From contig NC_081333.1 in NCBI RefSeq assembly GCF_022539665.2, forward strand, positions 9,672,001 to 9,736,000: a stretch of DNA of 64,000 nt, written 5' to 3'. Position 1 is the first letter of the stretch; each line of letters starts with the position of its first letter. A program made the translations under genes and the position numbers. The notes below the pieces were generated by a model. It was not told where the DNA came from. It made no database searches and saw only the letters and a list, made by a program, of their open reading frames with translations. This document shows, one piece after another, positions 1 to 15,172 of the stretch. This stretch comes from Daphnia carinata (Eukaryota).

Positions 1-552
1 GATGGTCTGTTCCTACGCTGTTGTCGTGAAGCCGCTGAAAAAAATCCTGACATCCGATTTGAGGAACGGTACCTTGATACAGTCTGCCTCAATATGGTTC
101 AAGATCCTGGCATGTACGACGTGCTAGTTATGCCAAATTTGTACGGAGATATTCTCTCCGATCTTTGCGCTGGTCTCGTTGGAGGGCTAGGTCTCACACC
201 ATCGGGAAACATTGGAACACAGGGAGCAATTTTCGAGTCCGTACACGGCACTGCACCCGACATTGCTGGTCAAGATAAAGCCAACCCAACGGCTCTTCTG
301 TTATCGGCCGTGATGATGTTGCGTTATATGAATCTCCCAGACCATGCTGCAAAAATCGAAAGAGCTTGTTACTCTACTATTAAGGTAATTTTTACTTTCG
401 AATTTTTCTTAATAGTTTGCTAAAACACTTGCCTGCTTTTTGCATTTGCTTTGTCTTCATAGGAAGGAAAGTATTTAACGGCTGATTTAGGAGGTAACGG
501 GAAATGTTCCGAATATACGGATGAAATCTGCCAGAAAATAGCGGCAGAGTAA
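1..552 (+). CDS. IDH3A: NAD-dependent isocitrate dehydrogenase 3 subunit alpha, 3' part (exons <1-384, 463-552)
   Basis: [33 protein letters not shown] and [25 protein letters not shown] motifs. GT-AG intron 385-462, then [33 protein letters not shown]. Confidence 0.93.
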
Positions 553-700
553 TTCCGTAACGCAATCGGTTCTTGTATTAGAAGCTTGGCATACAATAAG
601 TGATGTAACTAGTTGAAATGTGTTTGTTCTTAAATAGTAATATACCAAAATAGTTGCTTTACACCAACTAGTTGTAAAGATAGTTTATTTCATTGCTTGT

Positions 701-1544
701 TTATTTCCAATTATTCTTAATAAATACCAGCATGGCTATTACTGCTACACAGCAAGCTGCAGTTGCAGACATTTTCAGCAGTGTGTTCATAGAACTGTTC
801 AAAACAGCTGTCTAGAAGTTATGTTGCATCAGAAACTGTAGAATATTTAGGGGCTACATTAATGAATTACCCATCCTCCTTGGCTGTGGATAAAGTTTGA
901 GAATCTCCCAGATATATAATCTGTACTCCATTGTATGAGCTTGGAGAAAAGATTCAAAGTGTGGTTTTGCAATGCAAACAGAGCAACATCTGAACAAAAG
1001 AAAAAGACCACAAGTATGCGTTCTTTTGTTAAATTTCCTCCCTAGAAAAGGCAACAAGAAGTTTACATAACAAAAGCTTAAGTAATTTTAAGTTATAAAA
1101 ACAACACAAGATTTACTAAAGAGTTTTGAATTAGCATACACTGAACACCTCCTGTATCATTTCACTGAAGTTCTGGGCATTTAAAGTAGTCAAATCCACA
1201 TTTTGGGCTCTGTAACGAACTTCATTTCTGAGTGGTGAAAGGGAAAATTCATTGGCTAGTTGTCGCAAACTTGAAGCATTGCAAACCCACAAAGGATTGC
1301 TAAACTGAATGTCATCGAGCCTGTATGGAATGTGGCCGAATTAACATCGCAAAAAATCATGCAGTGTAAAGAAAACCAACGATGGGACATGCGGAACTGG
1401 TAATCCTTGCAACTGAATTTCTTCACGTACAAAATTAGCATATAGCTCTCGGCTTTGGGTCTGTAAATCAGCAATTGGTTCGGCTCCTTGTTCCGTCGAT
1501 AAAGAATTTTCGTTTTCACTCGGATCGCAAATTTTTCGCGCCAT
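701..1544 (-). CDS. Divergent Bcl-2/Bax-family protein with C-terminal transmembrane anchor (4 exons: approx. 1544-1381, 1320-1140, 1041-871, 811-701)
   Basis: Manual splicing gives BH3-like ASSLRQLANEF, BH1-like EVFSGGNLTKERILVVFFFCSDVA, BH2 FSNFIHSQGGW (intron directly after GGW) and hydrophobic tail TAACCVAVIAMLVFIKNNWK-stop. All introns are GT-AG. Confidence 0.82.
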
Positions 1545-2167
1545 GCTTTTATTTGGAATATATAATGGACCAATAATGAAGGGGTGATCGACAGTCCAAC
1601 CGGTAACTTCGATTACATATTACATCTACCCATGGGCTACTGTAATAAATTATATGATTAATACCAGTGCTAGCAGACGACGTAGTCAAGCGGAACAACA
1701 TTCGGGGGTAGAATTTGGCCCCTGCCTACCCATCGGTTCAGCCCCGTTCTTCCTTGTTTTTTTTACATGGTATAAATTTTTAAAATCTAAATTACGCAGT
1801 TGTATAAATAACAAGAAATTTATTTTCCGAAAGCAACTAATTTCCTTCACAACGGTACCAAAAAATAAACGCTACAAAGGCTTATTTAAAGCAGTTTAAC
1901 ACAACAACAATTAAATGATTTTGTTTGTTGGTTTACTGGTTCTACAATAGCTTAAGAGACGCGATCACAGTCCGCTAGAAGTCTCTGGCAAACGCCCCGT
2001 CTTGGGCCATAGCTCGGCCTCTCCTTTAGATACGGACAAACAATGGCAAGATAGGTGAGAACTATAGCCACTTCAGACGAAGATAAACAAACCAACGTTT
2101 GTTTCACCTTTTCACTTCTATCTGTACGTTGTTGTTTTTTATCCGGCTTTTTTTTCATTTGAAAGAC

Positions 2168-4006
2168 ATGAATGTGCCTACACAAACTCCTTCAAAAAGT
2201 GTGGAGCAATGGAACTGGGCCCAGATGTACAAAATTCCACCCGATATTCTGGATGACTTATGCAGGTCAGTTAAAAACCAAAACCCTCTAGTTTCAGGTT
2301 TACGTTTTCATACGTTCTCAGATTTTCATCTGTGACGCGGTTAGAATAAAATAATTGGTTAGAACAAAATTTCAAAAACAAACTGTTTTATTCCCTTGTT
2401 ATAGTCGGTTTATTGTAAATGTTCCGGAAGAGGAAAGAAAAGACTTGGTGAGACTCTTCTTTCAGATTGAGTTGGCACACTGGTTTTATATAGACTTCTA
2501 CTGTTCAGAAGAAAATTCCACTCGGAAACAATGCAACTTCAAAGAATTTTCTGCAAACATATTCAAGGCAATTTTACTTTTAGATTTTTTACCTTAGACT
2601 GTAGGTGTTCACTGCTTTAACATTGCTGAAAATATTCATTTTTATGTTTTGTTTTTTGTTTTGTTTTTTCAGCATTTATCGTTTCTTCATAAATATATAC
2701 AAAATTTTGAAAGGCATCTAGAACAATTTCGTGAATATAAACAAGCAGTTCCAACCTTTGGTGCCATCCTACTGAATGAAGAACTTACCCATGTATAGTG
2801 AACTATGAATGTGATTACATAAAAAGTTTAGCATGACAATTAATTATTTAAATTTAATTAACAGGTTCTGTTGGTTCAAGGATTTTGGTCCAAGAGCTCA
2901 TGGGGTTTTCCTAAAGGTAAAGTCAATGAAGGAGAGGATCCAGCCCGCTGCGCAGTGCGCGAAGTTTTAGAAGAGACGGGATTCGACATATCGCATCTGA
3001 TTTCTGTCAAAGAATTTTTAGAAACAACCGTGAACGACCAATTAACTCGACTTTATATCATACCCGGTGTGCCCCAAGAAACGAAATTCATACCCAGAAC
3101 CAGGAATGAGATAAGAGCCTTACAGTGGTTTCCAATCGCCGATCTCCCTAACAGCAAAAAGGACGCTATGACTAAAGTTCGATTAGGAATCGGTTCTGCC
3201 TCTTTCTTTATGGTCTTCCCATTTGTAAGGTATGCCTTCATGCGTTGTTTAGGCATTGATTTATTCTTCTATGATGGGGATGTCCTTCTTTCTCATGCTG
3301 CGTGCGATCTACCAGACTGATACGAAACTGGGTATCTTGTCGAATGACTTACAAGCAGCAACAGCCTGGAAATGGCAACAGTCGAAAGGCAAAACAGAGG
3401 CGCAAATCGCTAGAAGAGCAGTCCATAACCGGTATTCTTCAAAGACACTCCAAACCAAATTCAGTGAGCGTTCGTTTTCTCTTCAGGGAAAACTACTTTT
3501 TTTTCTAATTCTCCGTTTGCTAAACATAATTTTCTGCCCTTTCTTTTTTTATATCTGCAGGAAGATGATACTAGCAAAATTCCTTTGAGTGCAAATACCG
3601 AACAGCTTTATCAACGACTTTCTAAGTCAGCCGCACACTCGTCTTCATCAACTTCTACCAATACACTCCAAGGACTTAGCATTAAAAAAACTAAACATCC
3701 GTCCCGTCGCCAGTTATTCACGGGTAAATACACAGTGTTAAGATTTTTAATTTTAAAAACCATGTGAAACTGTAAACAAAAAAAAAGAAAAAAAAAACAT
3801 TTTTAGATATATATCATTCCATCATGAGTTCTCTTAATTTTGCAGACAAAGTACAAAAGCCCGTTACTCCGCAGGGAGGTACAGCAACAACAAGCCCAGT
3901 CGTGATCGGCGATGGGTTCGATCCAGCTAAACAGGTCTGCTACGTCGCTCCATCCTGGCTAAACTTCAAGCTCAACGTAGGACCTATTTTGGCATGTTTT
4001 GACTAG
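2168..4006 (+). CDS. DCP2: mRNA-decapping enzyme 2 (Nudix hydrolase), 7 exons
   Basis: Box A IPPDILDDLCSRFIVNVPEEE..RLFFQIELAHWFYIDFYC; Nudix box WGFPKGKVNEGEDPARCAVREVLEETG; C-terminal WLNFKLN hydrophobic motif. Intron 2568-2672 needs a GC donor. Confidence 0.93.
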
Positions 4007-4177
4007 GCTTATGTTTGTGTCTCAGGCATACGACCTCGTCAGATTTTGTCATTCTCATTAAATTTTCTTGCTATTCAATAACGTTTAATCGAGGATAAAA
4101 TACGACACGCAAAATTTTTGCGTACAAATATATTTTCTTTTCTGTAATAAATCCATGGAAATTAGCGTTTACTTTGT

Positions 4178-5960
4178 TTACAACTTGGCACTGCTGTTAA
4201 CTTGATGAACCACTTTATCTTGAATCAGTTGCTTTATTTCATCTGTTTTGTAACCGATTTCTGTGAGTACTTCCCTAGTATTCTCGCCAATTGATGGCTC
4301 TTCTATACTACCTAGATCAAGAGCCGGTGTACGACTAAGACGAGGCGCCGGTGCCGGATCACACTGGCCTTTCGCGTTGCGAATGAAACTGCCTCGAAAT
4401 GCATTATGCTGATGAAGAGGGGCCTCACCTAGATCCAATACCGGTGTAACGCATGCGTCAGTTTGATCAAAGATGGCTTGCCATTCCGCCCGAGTCTTCT
4501 GTAAGAAAATGTCGGCCATTTGGTTTTTCGCCACTTCTGGGTCATCAGGAAACTGGTCGGGGACATTTTCGACTCCAGCATTAGCCAATTGGTTGACCAA
4601 CTCTTGATAGAACTGAGGTTCCAAAGCTCCAACAGTCATGTATTTACCATCTTTTGTTTTATATGTTTCGTAGTAATGAACGCCTCCATCGAACCTACCA
4701 TACGATGCAGAAATAGGTAAGTCCTTTTCTCGGTGTAATATAGTAAAATAGTCTTTACCAACTCTTTCCGCGAACCCCACTCCATACAGGCATATCTTGC
4801 GACTTGAAGATCCAAGACCCAACATAGGCTGCTCCTTCAACCATGGATGCATCAATTATTTGGCCCATATTGGACCTCTCTCTTTCAAATAACGCCATGG
4901 CTATACCCATCGCACAAAGTAATCCGCCTCCAGCAAAATCAGCTAACAAGTTCTGTGGCGGAATCGGATTACTGCCATGTCTTCCGAGAAGCGAAAGCAG
5001 TCCTAGTAAATGTAACGGAAAACCAAAGTAAGAAACTGAAAAGCAAAAACAAAACGTTGTAGTTGACAATAGAATACCGGTCAGAGCAACGTAATTTATG
5101 TCATGCCCTGCCATAAGAGAATACGGTCCACTCTGCCCAAATCCTAATTTTCCCAACAATGGGAAAGAAAAATAAAGAGTGAAAATCGTGAAATAATCGG
5201 AACCTTGACGCTGTTATCCGTGCTCACCAGTAAGTCGGGCATATATCAAACGTGGATTTTGGCTAAGTAAAGTTGACGGGCCAAGACCAAGTTTTTCCAT
5301 AACCCCTTTAGAGGAAAAATATAAGTCGGAAATAGCTATAACTTGAGAACTGAAATATTATGCCTGGTCTGAACGGCTCAATAAGGACATCGGCTTTTGA
5401 GCATAGCCTATGGAGGATGGCAATTCCATCAGGGGATTTAAGATTCAATGCAATAGACCGCTTTCCTCTTGCTTGCCGATCTAGTGGCGGTGCATTGGCC
5501 TATCGTGAAAGTAAAGTCTTTGTAATACAATTAGACAGATGGACCTTAATTCATTGATAGCTGCAACATTTATGGAAGAATACCAGTTGGATGGAACACA
5601 GAAATTCTTTAAGGCCTCAATTGATGGAATCTTAAAGTTTACGGCTCCAGGTAAAGCCAAACATCAATAGGACAAAAAAATTACATACAGTTTAAAATAT
5701 TTATAGCACACCAAGCTCACATTAGCATGTGGTGATATGGATTCAGATTAATATAGAAATCAAGAATTCTTTTACAATTTACCTTATCTACCCTAATGAC
5801 ATCTGCACCAAAATCACTTAGAATCATTCCTAAATGTAAAAATAGTTTAGTTGGTTCAAATCATTTAAAGAATCATAGAAAATGTCAAACAACACTTGCC
5901 ACAAAAAGGACCAGGAGCCAATCCTGCAATTTCAATCACTTTTATTCCCTTTAGTGCCAT
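4178..5960 (-). CDS. AMACR: Alpha-methylacyl-CoA racemase (family III CoA-transferase fold), 7 exons
   Basis: [83 protein letters not shown]; ends in the PTS1-type tripeptide AKL. Confidence 0.93.
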
Positions 5961-7248
5961 TATAATAACTTCAGCTAATTTTATGAAAAATTATATTGTA
6001 TTGTGAGTATTAAAACTTGAAACGGATTTGGTTTTCTTCCTGTAGACGAATTTTAGACACAAGTCCTTAATATTGAGTACCTCCCAGCCAAAAATTAAAC
6101 GAAATACCATCTAACAAACAATATTATGGGCCTATATTTCAAAAACACCTCTTTACTTCGATGGCGTCAATCTCAATAACAACAAATAATTTTCTAACGA
6201 CAGTCAATCTGAAATTCTATTATCTTCGTCTGGATATGCTATCAATCGTTTTGGAAGACATATTGCTATAGTTAGAAACAATCGAACACAGGCAGGCAAC
6301 TACGGACAATACGGACCGGCTCGGAGGGCGATGTTAGGGAATTGCCGCTTTATTTTTGTGTTGGTTCCTGGCGTTGCCAGAAAAAAAAAAATCCCGCTAT
6401 GGTGGATAGGGCTCGACCCCATGTAGAACCGGTGCGAGGATTTTTTTGTGGTGCGCGTTGCCACCCCGAATTCAATGAAAAGCCAGTCTCTATAACCATT
6501 TATTAAAACGTATTACACGTTACGCCCTTTTTTCTCCCCTTTCCATCCTTATTTCTTCCCTATTTTTACAACGAAATTTGCTTTGTTTGTTTTTACAAAT
6601 GAGAGATTATTTCTTTTTCTTTTTATTGGTGAAACTTAAACATGCAGTATATTTTACTAATACATTATCCTTATTTTACATTATACTTCTTGTTTTTGTT
6701 TTGGCGCCAACTGAGCCGCAGTTCTAGAGAATGGTGTTGCTTACGCGCACCATATAAGAAATCCCCACACCGAGCTTCCCCGTTCTTTCTATTTTTTTTG
6801 GAAGGCCATGCATTGTCCCCGATTTCATGGCGACCGGGCCGAGCCCTAATGGCAGAACCGTTGGTTTGGACCGTTTGATAGTGACGTACAGTACTGTGCT
6901 TGCCAGACATTTGTAGCACACAAACGTCACGGCACGGCACCCTTATGGAGGGTAGATCCGTAGTGTAGATTGTACACAGACAGATAGCGGCCACTTTCGT
7001 TTGGTCTAGAAACAGTTGATTGCCTTTGCCGTAAGAAATCTCGAATTTGTGTACTAGTAGGTTAAAGGGGAAAATATCTGTGATATAAAATTTAATAGTT
7101 AGTTTTCATCTATTTTTGTATACTGAATGTTTACATAACATCACATCATCAAACAAAGTGGGAGAAAGATTTGTTATTCTCCTTATTGAAGTTCTCTTGA
7201 AGCTTTACCCCTTTAAGTCTTGTACTGTTAAAACACAAGCCTGTAAAT

Positions 7249-7938
7249 ATGTCAGATAATTTTAGAGCCCGAGATATTGCTCTGAAAGCACAAAAAAAGA
7301 TTCTCAGTCGAATGTCTAGTAAAGGTGTAGCGAAAGTCTTTGTTGATGATAAAATGGGTTCTCTATTGGATAATGTTTATAGGCTCTGCAAAACCTATGT
7401 AAGTATCACTGAATTTATTGTAACCATGTAGAATTATATTAATTATTTTCTTTTAGACTCAAAATAAAAAAGAAGCTGAAAAGATTGTGAAGAATATCAT
7501 AAAAATAGTGACCAAAATAGGCTTATTAGCCAGAAATGAACAATTCAGCCCAGATGAGTTGGTCATTGCATCAGAATTCCAAGGCAAATTCCACAAAGCC
7601 GCAAAAACAGTGATATCATTTTTCGAGGTGGATTTCAGCTATGACCAAAAATTTTTGACTCAAGTACTTCAGTTTGTAATATTTCATGATGTCTGTTGAT
7701 TGAATTAATCTTTCTCATTGTTGCTTTACAGCTTTTGACTGAATGCAAAAACCTTTTGAAGCAAATTGTTCAACCACATCTAACAGATAAAAGTTTAGGA
7801 AGGATTGATTTGGTATTTGGATTTTTCTCGAATCCTGCCTTTTTGGACACCGTTTTCAAGAAAAATTCCGATTATACCGAGATAATGACCAAAATCATTT
7901 CAGATATGCATAGTGCTCTTGATCAAGGAGAGCTGTAA
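7249..7938 (+). CDS. TNFAIP8: TNFAIP8/TIPE-family protein (sigmar-like); exons 7249-7398, 7457-7663, 7732-7938
   Basis: FRARDIALKAQKKILSRMSSK, KKEAEKIVKNIIKIVTKIG, VISFFEVDFSYD, HLTDKSLGRIDLVFGFFSNPAFL family motifs; GT-AG introns. Confidence 0.92.
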
Positions 7939-8613
7939 ACTTTTCATTGTATTTTATTTATGATCCAGTGATTATGTATAGTGCCTTCATGAAAACATGA
8001 TTCCCATAGATATCAGAAATGCTATCACCCCACAAAGGACTTTCCATTTGTTTGTATATGCTCATTTCAACATATATTGTAATGCCTTACATTCCATTCA
8101 CTTTTCTTTGACATCTGTTTGCGAACGAAAGGAAAACTTTGTATCGGAATCCCTTATGTCCGTTCTATTTATCTTTGCTTTGCTTTTAAGATGGTGGGGC
8201 TATAAAATTATACTTGTCTAATGTATTTCTTTCTTTATTCGCAACGACGTGACAGTCGATGTGGACATTAAGTTATGAATCCTGTTCTTACACTTAATTA
8301 TGATTTCTACCAAGTGGGCTCATAGAACGTGCGCTTATGACTTATACTTCTAAGACGTGTACTTTAATACACCACTTACGCTTAAATCACCTCCAATTCT
8401 TTTTGTCGTCGTCCCATGTGCCAACTTCATCATTGTTGTCCTGGTGGGTTTGCTCTAACCTGACACATAAAAACCATGGACTGCGTTGCAATAGCCTGAT
8501 GGAACTCCGTCCTATGATTTTGGAAGCTACTGGTATGAATTTACGGAATCAGATGAACCTTGAAAATACCTTCCGGTATTTGGCACACGCCATAAATTAA
8601 ATTCTCATTAATT

Positions 8614-8927
8614 ATATTCAACCAATTCCGGTGAGTGTCAGTCTTGCCGAAGAAAATTTTAAGCCCGACTAATAAATAAGCCCGACTTTCTGCTGCATCG
8701 CGCTGTAGCGTACTGGCGCGCTAGCATTGCGTCAAATTTTCGGTCTATTTCAAAAACGATTAATTTAATGAAGAAAATAGCAATTTTCCCGGAATCAGCA
8801 TTCAATTTTGAATATATCCTTTGATATTCAACCAATTCCGATGAGTACCAGTTTTTGCCGAAAAAAATTTTAAGTCCGAATAAATAAGCCCAAGCGCCAG
8901 TACGCTACAGCGCTAGCGCTATGCAGC
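8614..8927. repeat. Imperfect tandem duplication (two ~70-bp units 210 bp apart) followed by mutually inverted GC-rich segments
   Basis: ATATTCAACCAATTCCG..TGAGT..CAGT..TTGCCGAA..AAATTTTAAG..CCGA..TAAATAAGCCC at 8614 and 8824. 8700-8719 is the exact reverse complement of 8894-8913. Confidence 0.85.
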
Positions 8928-9132
8928 TGAAATATTCGTTGTATGCAGAGAATTAGCTAGAAATCTGACCGGTAGATGGCGATAGCAGAAAACAGAAAAA
9001 AACTATATTATTATTATTATTATTTTTGGGTAAAACGGATTGTCATCTGTAAGTTTGTAAATCCATTCGAGAATTATAATTTTATTGCTTTCTTATGACG
9101 GTTACACCTAAGAAACGTAGCCGAACAAACAA

Positions 9133-11129
9133 ATGGATCTAGGCAATTTGCGACAATCCTCCCAATTTCGTCTTTTAAGTTTATTAACAAAAATAGCTCC
9201 AAACGATGTTCTAAAAGATTTAGTTATTCATGAAGATTTGATGAAACCAATAGATTTGGTCTCGGGAGCACGTTTACTTCGGTATGTAAGTTTATAAACC
9301 CGCTCTGAATTATTATTTGTTTTATTTATTTATTTACTATAATATTTTTTTTAGAGAGCAAGGTGTTGACAAAATGTTTAAGCTTGCTTCTGTAGCTCCT
9401 CCTTGGAAAAATTATATTAGACTGTACTTCATTCCTTCTGTCTATGCTGTGGCTGAAAATGTTGCGCAGCAGCTGAAAAGACATGAAGTGGAAAAGACAG
9501 TTTCATATCACATCATTGTTGTACCTAAAGTATTAACAGTAATCCATTCTTTTTTTGAATCACTGGGAGTTTTGGATTTTGTAACACTACATAGTTATTC
9601 CTGGGATTTCATTCCACTTGACTCCAACTTGCTGTCACTTGAACTTCATCATCTTTTCAAGGCTTCATTTTTGAAAGAAGAAAATTCTTTATTGACATCT
9701 GTTGCCAAAGCACTTATGAGTTTTGAATGCCTTTTGGGAAAGTTTTCCTGTGTGATGATGTTGGGTGAAAAGTCTCAAAGAGTCCACAACCTAATGAATG
9801 CTTGGAAAAAAGAAATTCAGCCAAATTTTCCAGTAGAAACGGAATTTACCCACCTTATTATGTTAGATCGTAATATTGACTTTGTGTCGCTTCTTTTGAC
9901 TCAATTAACCTATGAAGGAGTGTTGGATGAAAACCTTAAAGTCAAGTCTGGTTTTGTTTATCTGGATGCTGATGGAGTTGAAGGGCCTCAAAGACTAATG
10001 TTAAATGCAACTTCAGATGAAATTTATGGCGAAGTATGTTTCAATTTTGTTTTGTGATATATGCCTTTCCCTTAAATCTCGATTTATGCACTTCACACAA
10101 GATTAAAGGAAAACACATATCCGCCGTGTTTCAACATTTAAGCAAAAAAGCCAAGGAGTTGCAACAGAAACGAGATATAAAAAATACCGATTCAATAGAA
10201 GAAATGAAGAACTTTGTTTCACATGATTTGAAAAAGATCCAATCTCAGCAAAAATCTTTGGCACTACATATCAGCGCCTGCGAGGTACCATATTTCTGCC
10301 TCCTGTAAGAAAATGTTGATATTTCTGATTTTATGACTATTCACCCAATTTATAGATTGTAATGAAACGACAAGCAGGAATACTGGAAGAGCTACTCGAG
10401 TTGCAAGAAGACGCAATGTCTGGCACTAAAATGAAAGAATACCTGGCTTTTCTGGAGGATTCCGTAGCTCGGCAATTTGATTTGGCCACCATTCTAAGGT
10501 TATGCTGCCTTTATTCGATCATGGAAGACGGTCTACCTGAAAAGGAATATCAGTTACTTCAGAGACAATTATTGCAAGCGTACGGATATAGACACTTAGC
10601 AACTTTGCATTACCTCCAGCGGTTGGGGTTGTTTAACCAACGTGATTCTAAAATGATTAGCTTGGAACCTTTACTGCCTGATAGGTTCGCACGAGCGGCC
10701 TCTCTTCGATCAGAACACATACCGTTTCGGAAAATCTGCCAACGTTTAAATTTATTGCCGGTTGACGAGTCATCTCAAGCCAACCCATGTGCCAAGAGTG
10801 GTCAACATCCGAGTTATGTTTTCGGTGGAGTTTACACACCTCTTGTTTACCATTTGGTTGAAAAATGTGTCAGAGAGAAAGAGCCGTCTTTGGGTGACTA
10901 CGTTCGCTGTTTTGGTAACAATTTGCGAATCGGAGACTGTAGTCATCCTCAGTCGAGCGCTCGCGGAAAGGTTTTGGTCTGCTTCATCGGTGGTGTTACG
11001 TTAGCTGAAGTCGCTTCACTCGACCTTCTGTCTCGCCAACTTGGTCGTCAGATAGTGGTAGCAACTACGTCTACTATCAGCGGGCCAGATTTCATGGAAT
11101 CCATAGCGTCTCAACATACAGATACGTAG
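9133..11129 (+). CDS. VPS33B: Sec1/Munc18-family protein Vps33 (Vps33B-like), 4 exons
   Basis: KDLVIHEDLMKPIDLVSGARLL, WDFIPLDSNLLSLE, LIMLDRNIDFVSLLLTQLTYEGVLDE, SLALHISACE, LQAYGYRHL, SYVFGGVYTPL, LVCFIGGVTLAEVASL. B versus A assignment is by recalled similarity. Confidence 0.85.
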
Positions 11130-11506
11130 ACAATTACGGAATACTCATTCTTCTTCGCGTCTTCATTTACAAGTTTCAAACACCATCAGCAAGAGCTGTT
11201 TCTCAGTCTGTACAGAAAATGTGTGTGTTAATACATTCCCACTATGTTATGAATTAGAACGAAAATATGCATTTCATAAAATATCAGTGAGCGGAAGAGA
11301 AAATCACGGTGACGTACTGTCAGTCTTAGTCCCTAGTGGTAGACGCAAATATGGGATCAATTCGAATCACGAGATTCCATTGCAACAGAGAAAAGAGAGC
11401 ACTCTCATCGCTGGTTGTCTGCCCCTTAACGTCAAATTATTTCTAGGGAAAACAACGAAATCTGGCAAGCGGGCTTTCAAAAATTCCGCAAGCGCAGGCA
11501 ATGCGA

Positions 11507-14294
<2,788 letters not shown>

Positions 14295-14589
14295 TATGCT
14301 TGGGCCATTTCACTGCCACTAGGAACAAGAGAGAAAAAAACTTACAAATTGGATTCCTTTTGTTGCAAAGAATGATTTTAGTAGACGACGGAGTAGCAGA
14401 CTACGTTTCAGAATTTTTGTTTCCGTCGAGGCATTGTTGACGGAAATAGAATAAAAAGAAGCTGCGCAGAATGCCACTTCCCTTCCCTTTTGCCTTGCAA
14501 CTTGCAAGGTCCTTTTACTCAAGTGCGCGGAAAAGGAGGCCGACTAGCCGGCCGCTATGAACTCGCCCCCAGGCTTTCTATTCCCCGCA

Positions 14590-14692
14590 TATTGGACGAA
14601 ATTTAGGCGTTGACCAATCCCTGCACGCCAGACCAAGTTCCCCATCCCTTCTTTTACGTCACAGATTGGAGACGGGATCGACTGACGTGGAA
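14590..14692. promoter_or_regulatory. Divergent promoter region (FEM1B / CREB3-like) with CCAAT boxes, a CRE-like TTACGTCA and a UPRE TGACGTGG
   Basis: ATTGG at 14591 and 14665, CCAAT at 14614, TTACGTCA at 14654, TGACGTGG at 14683-14690, lying between head-to-head genes. Confidence 0.5.
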
Positions 14693-15172
14693 GTACTTGT
14701 ACTTTACGAATTTTTTCTTAGCCTGGTGATGGTAACGAATTTTTATTTTACGCATTCGAGTTAACGCAAATAGAGTATCAAGATCTGATATGTTAAAGTA
14801 TCGCTTCATATTTACGGGAACCGTCAGTGTTCTGAAGCAAGCCATTGACCTCGGTCAATGACTTCAGCTTCCAATCTTTAGAAAAAAATAATAATAAGAG
14901 AGTAATAGAATGAAAATTAAGAAAATTGCTAATATTTTTCTTGACTGAGCAAACTACTTATGTGTTTTGACTTTTGCACCATGTATGTTGCATCACCTCC
15001 TTTTGCCTCTTCTTCTCAGTCAACTAACATATGGATTAGAGCATGGAAGCTCTCTCAGAAGTGTGGTGAAATTACACAACCGTCTAAGTTGTGCTTTTCT
15101 TCTCAATTACAAAGATTGAACTTCATTGACTTTACCTGATACCTGGACTTCTTCTTGGATATTGACTTCAAC

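Noticed and set aside
6377..6452. Inverted A/T tracts with GCTCGACCC as a tRNA-like or terminator structure
   Set aside because: No cloverleaf or proper A and B boxes; pairing is mostly homopolymer.
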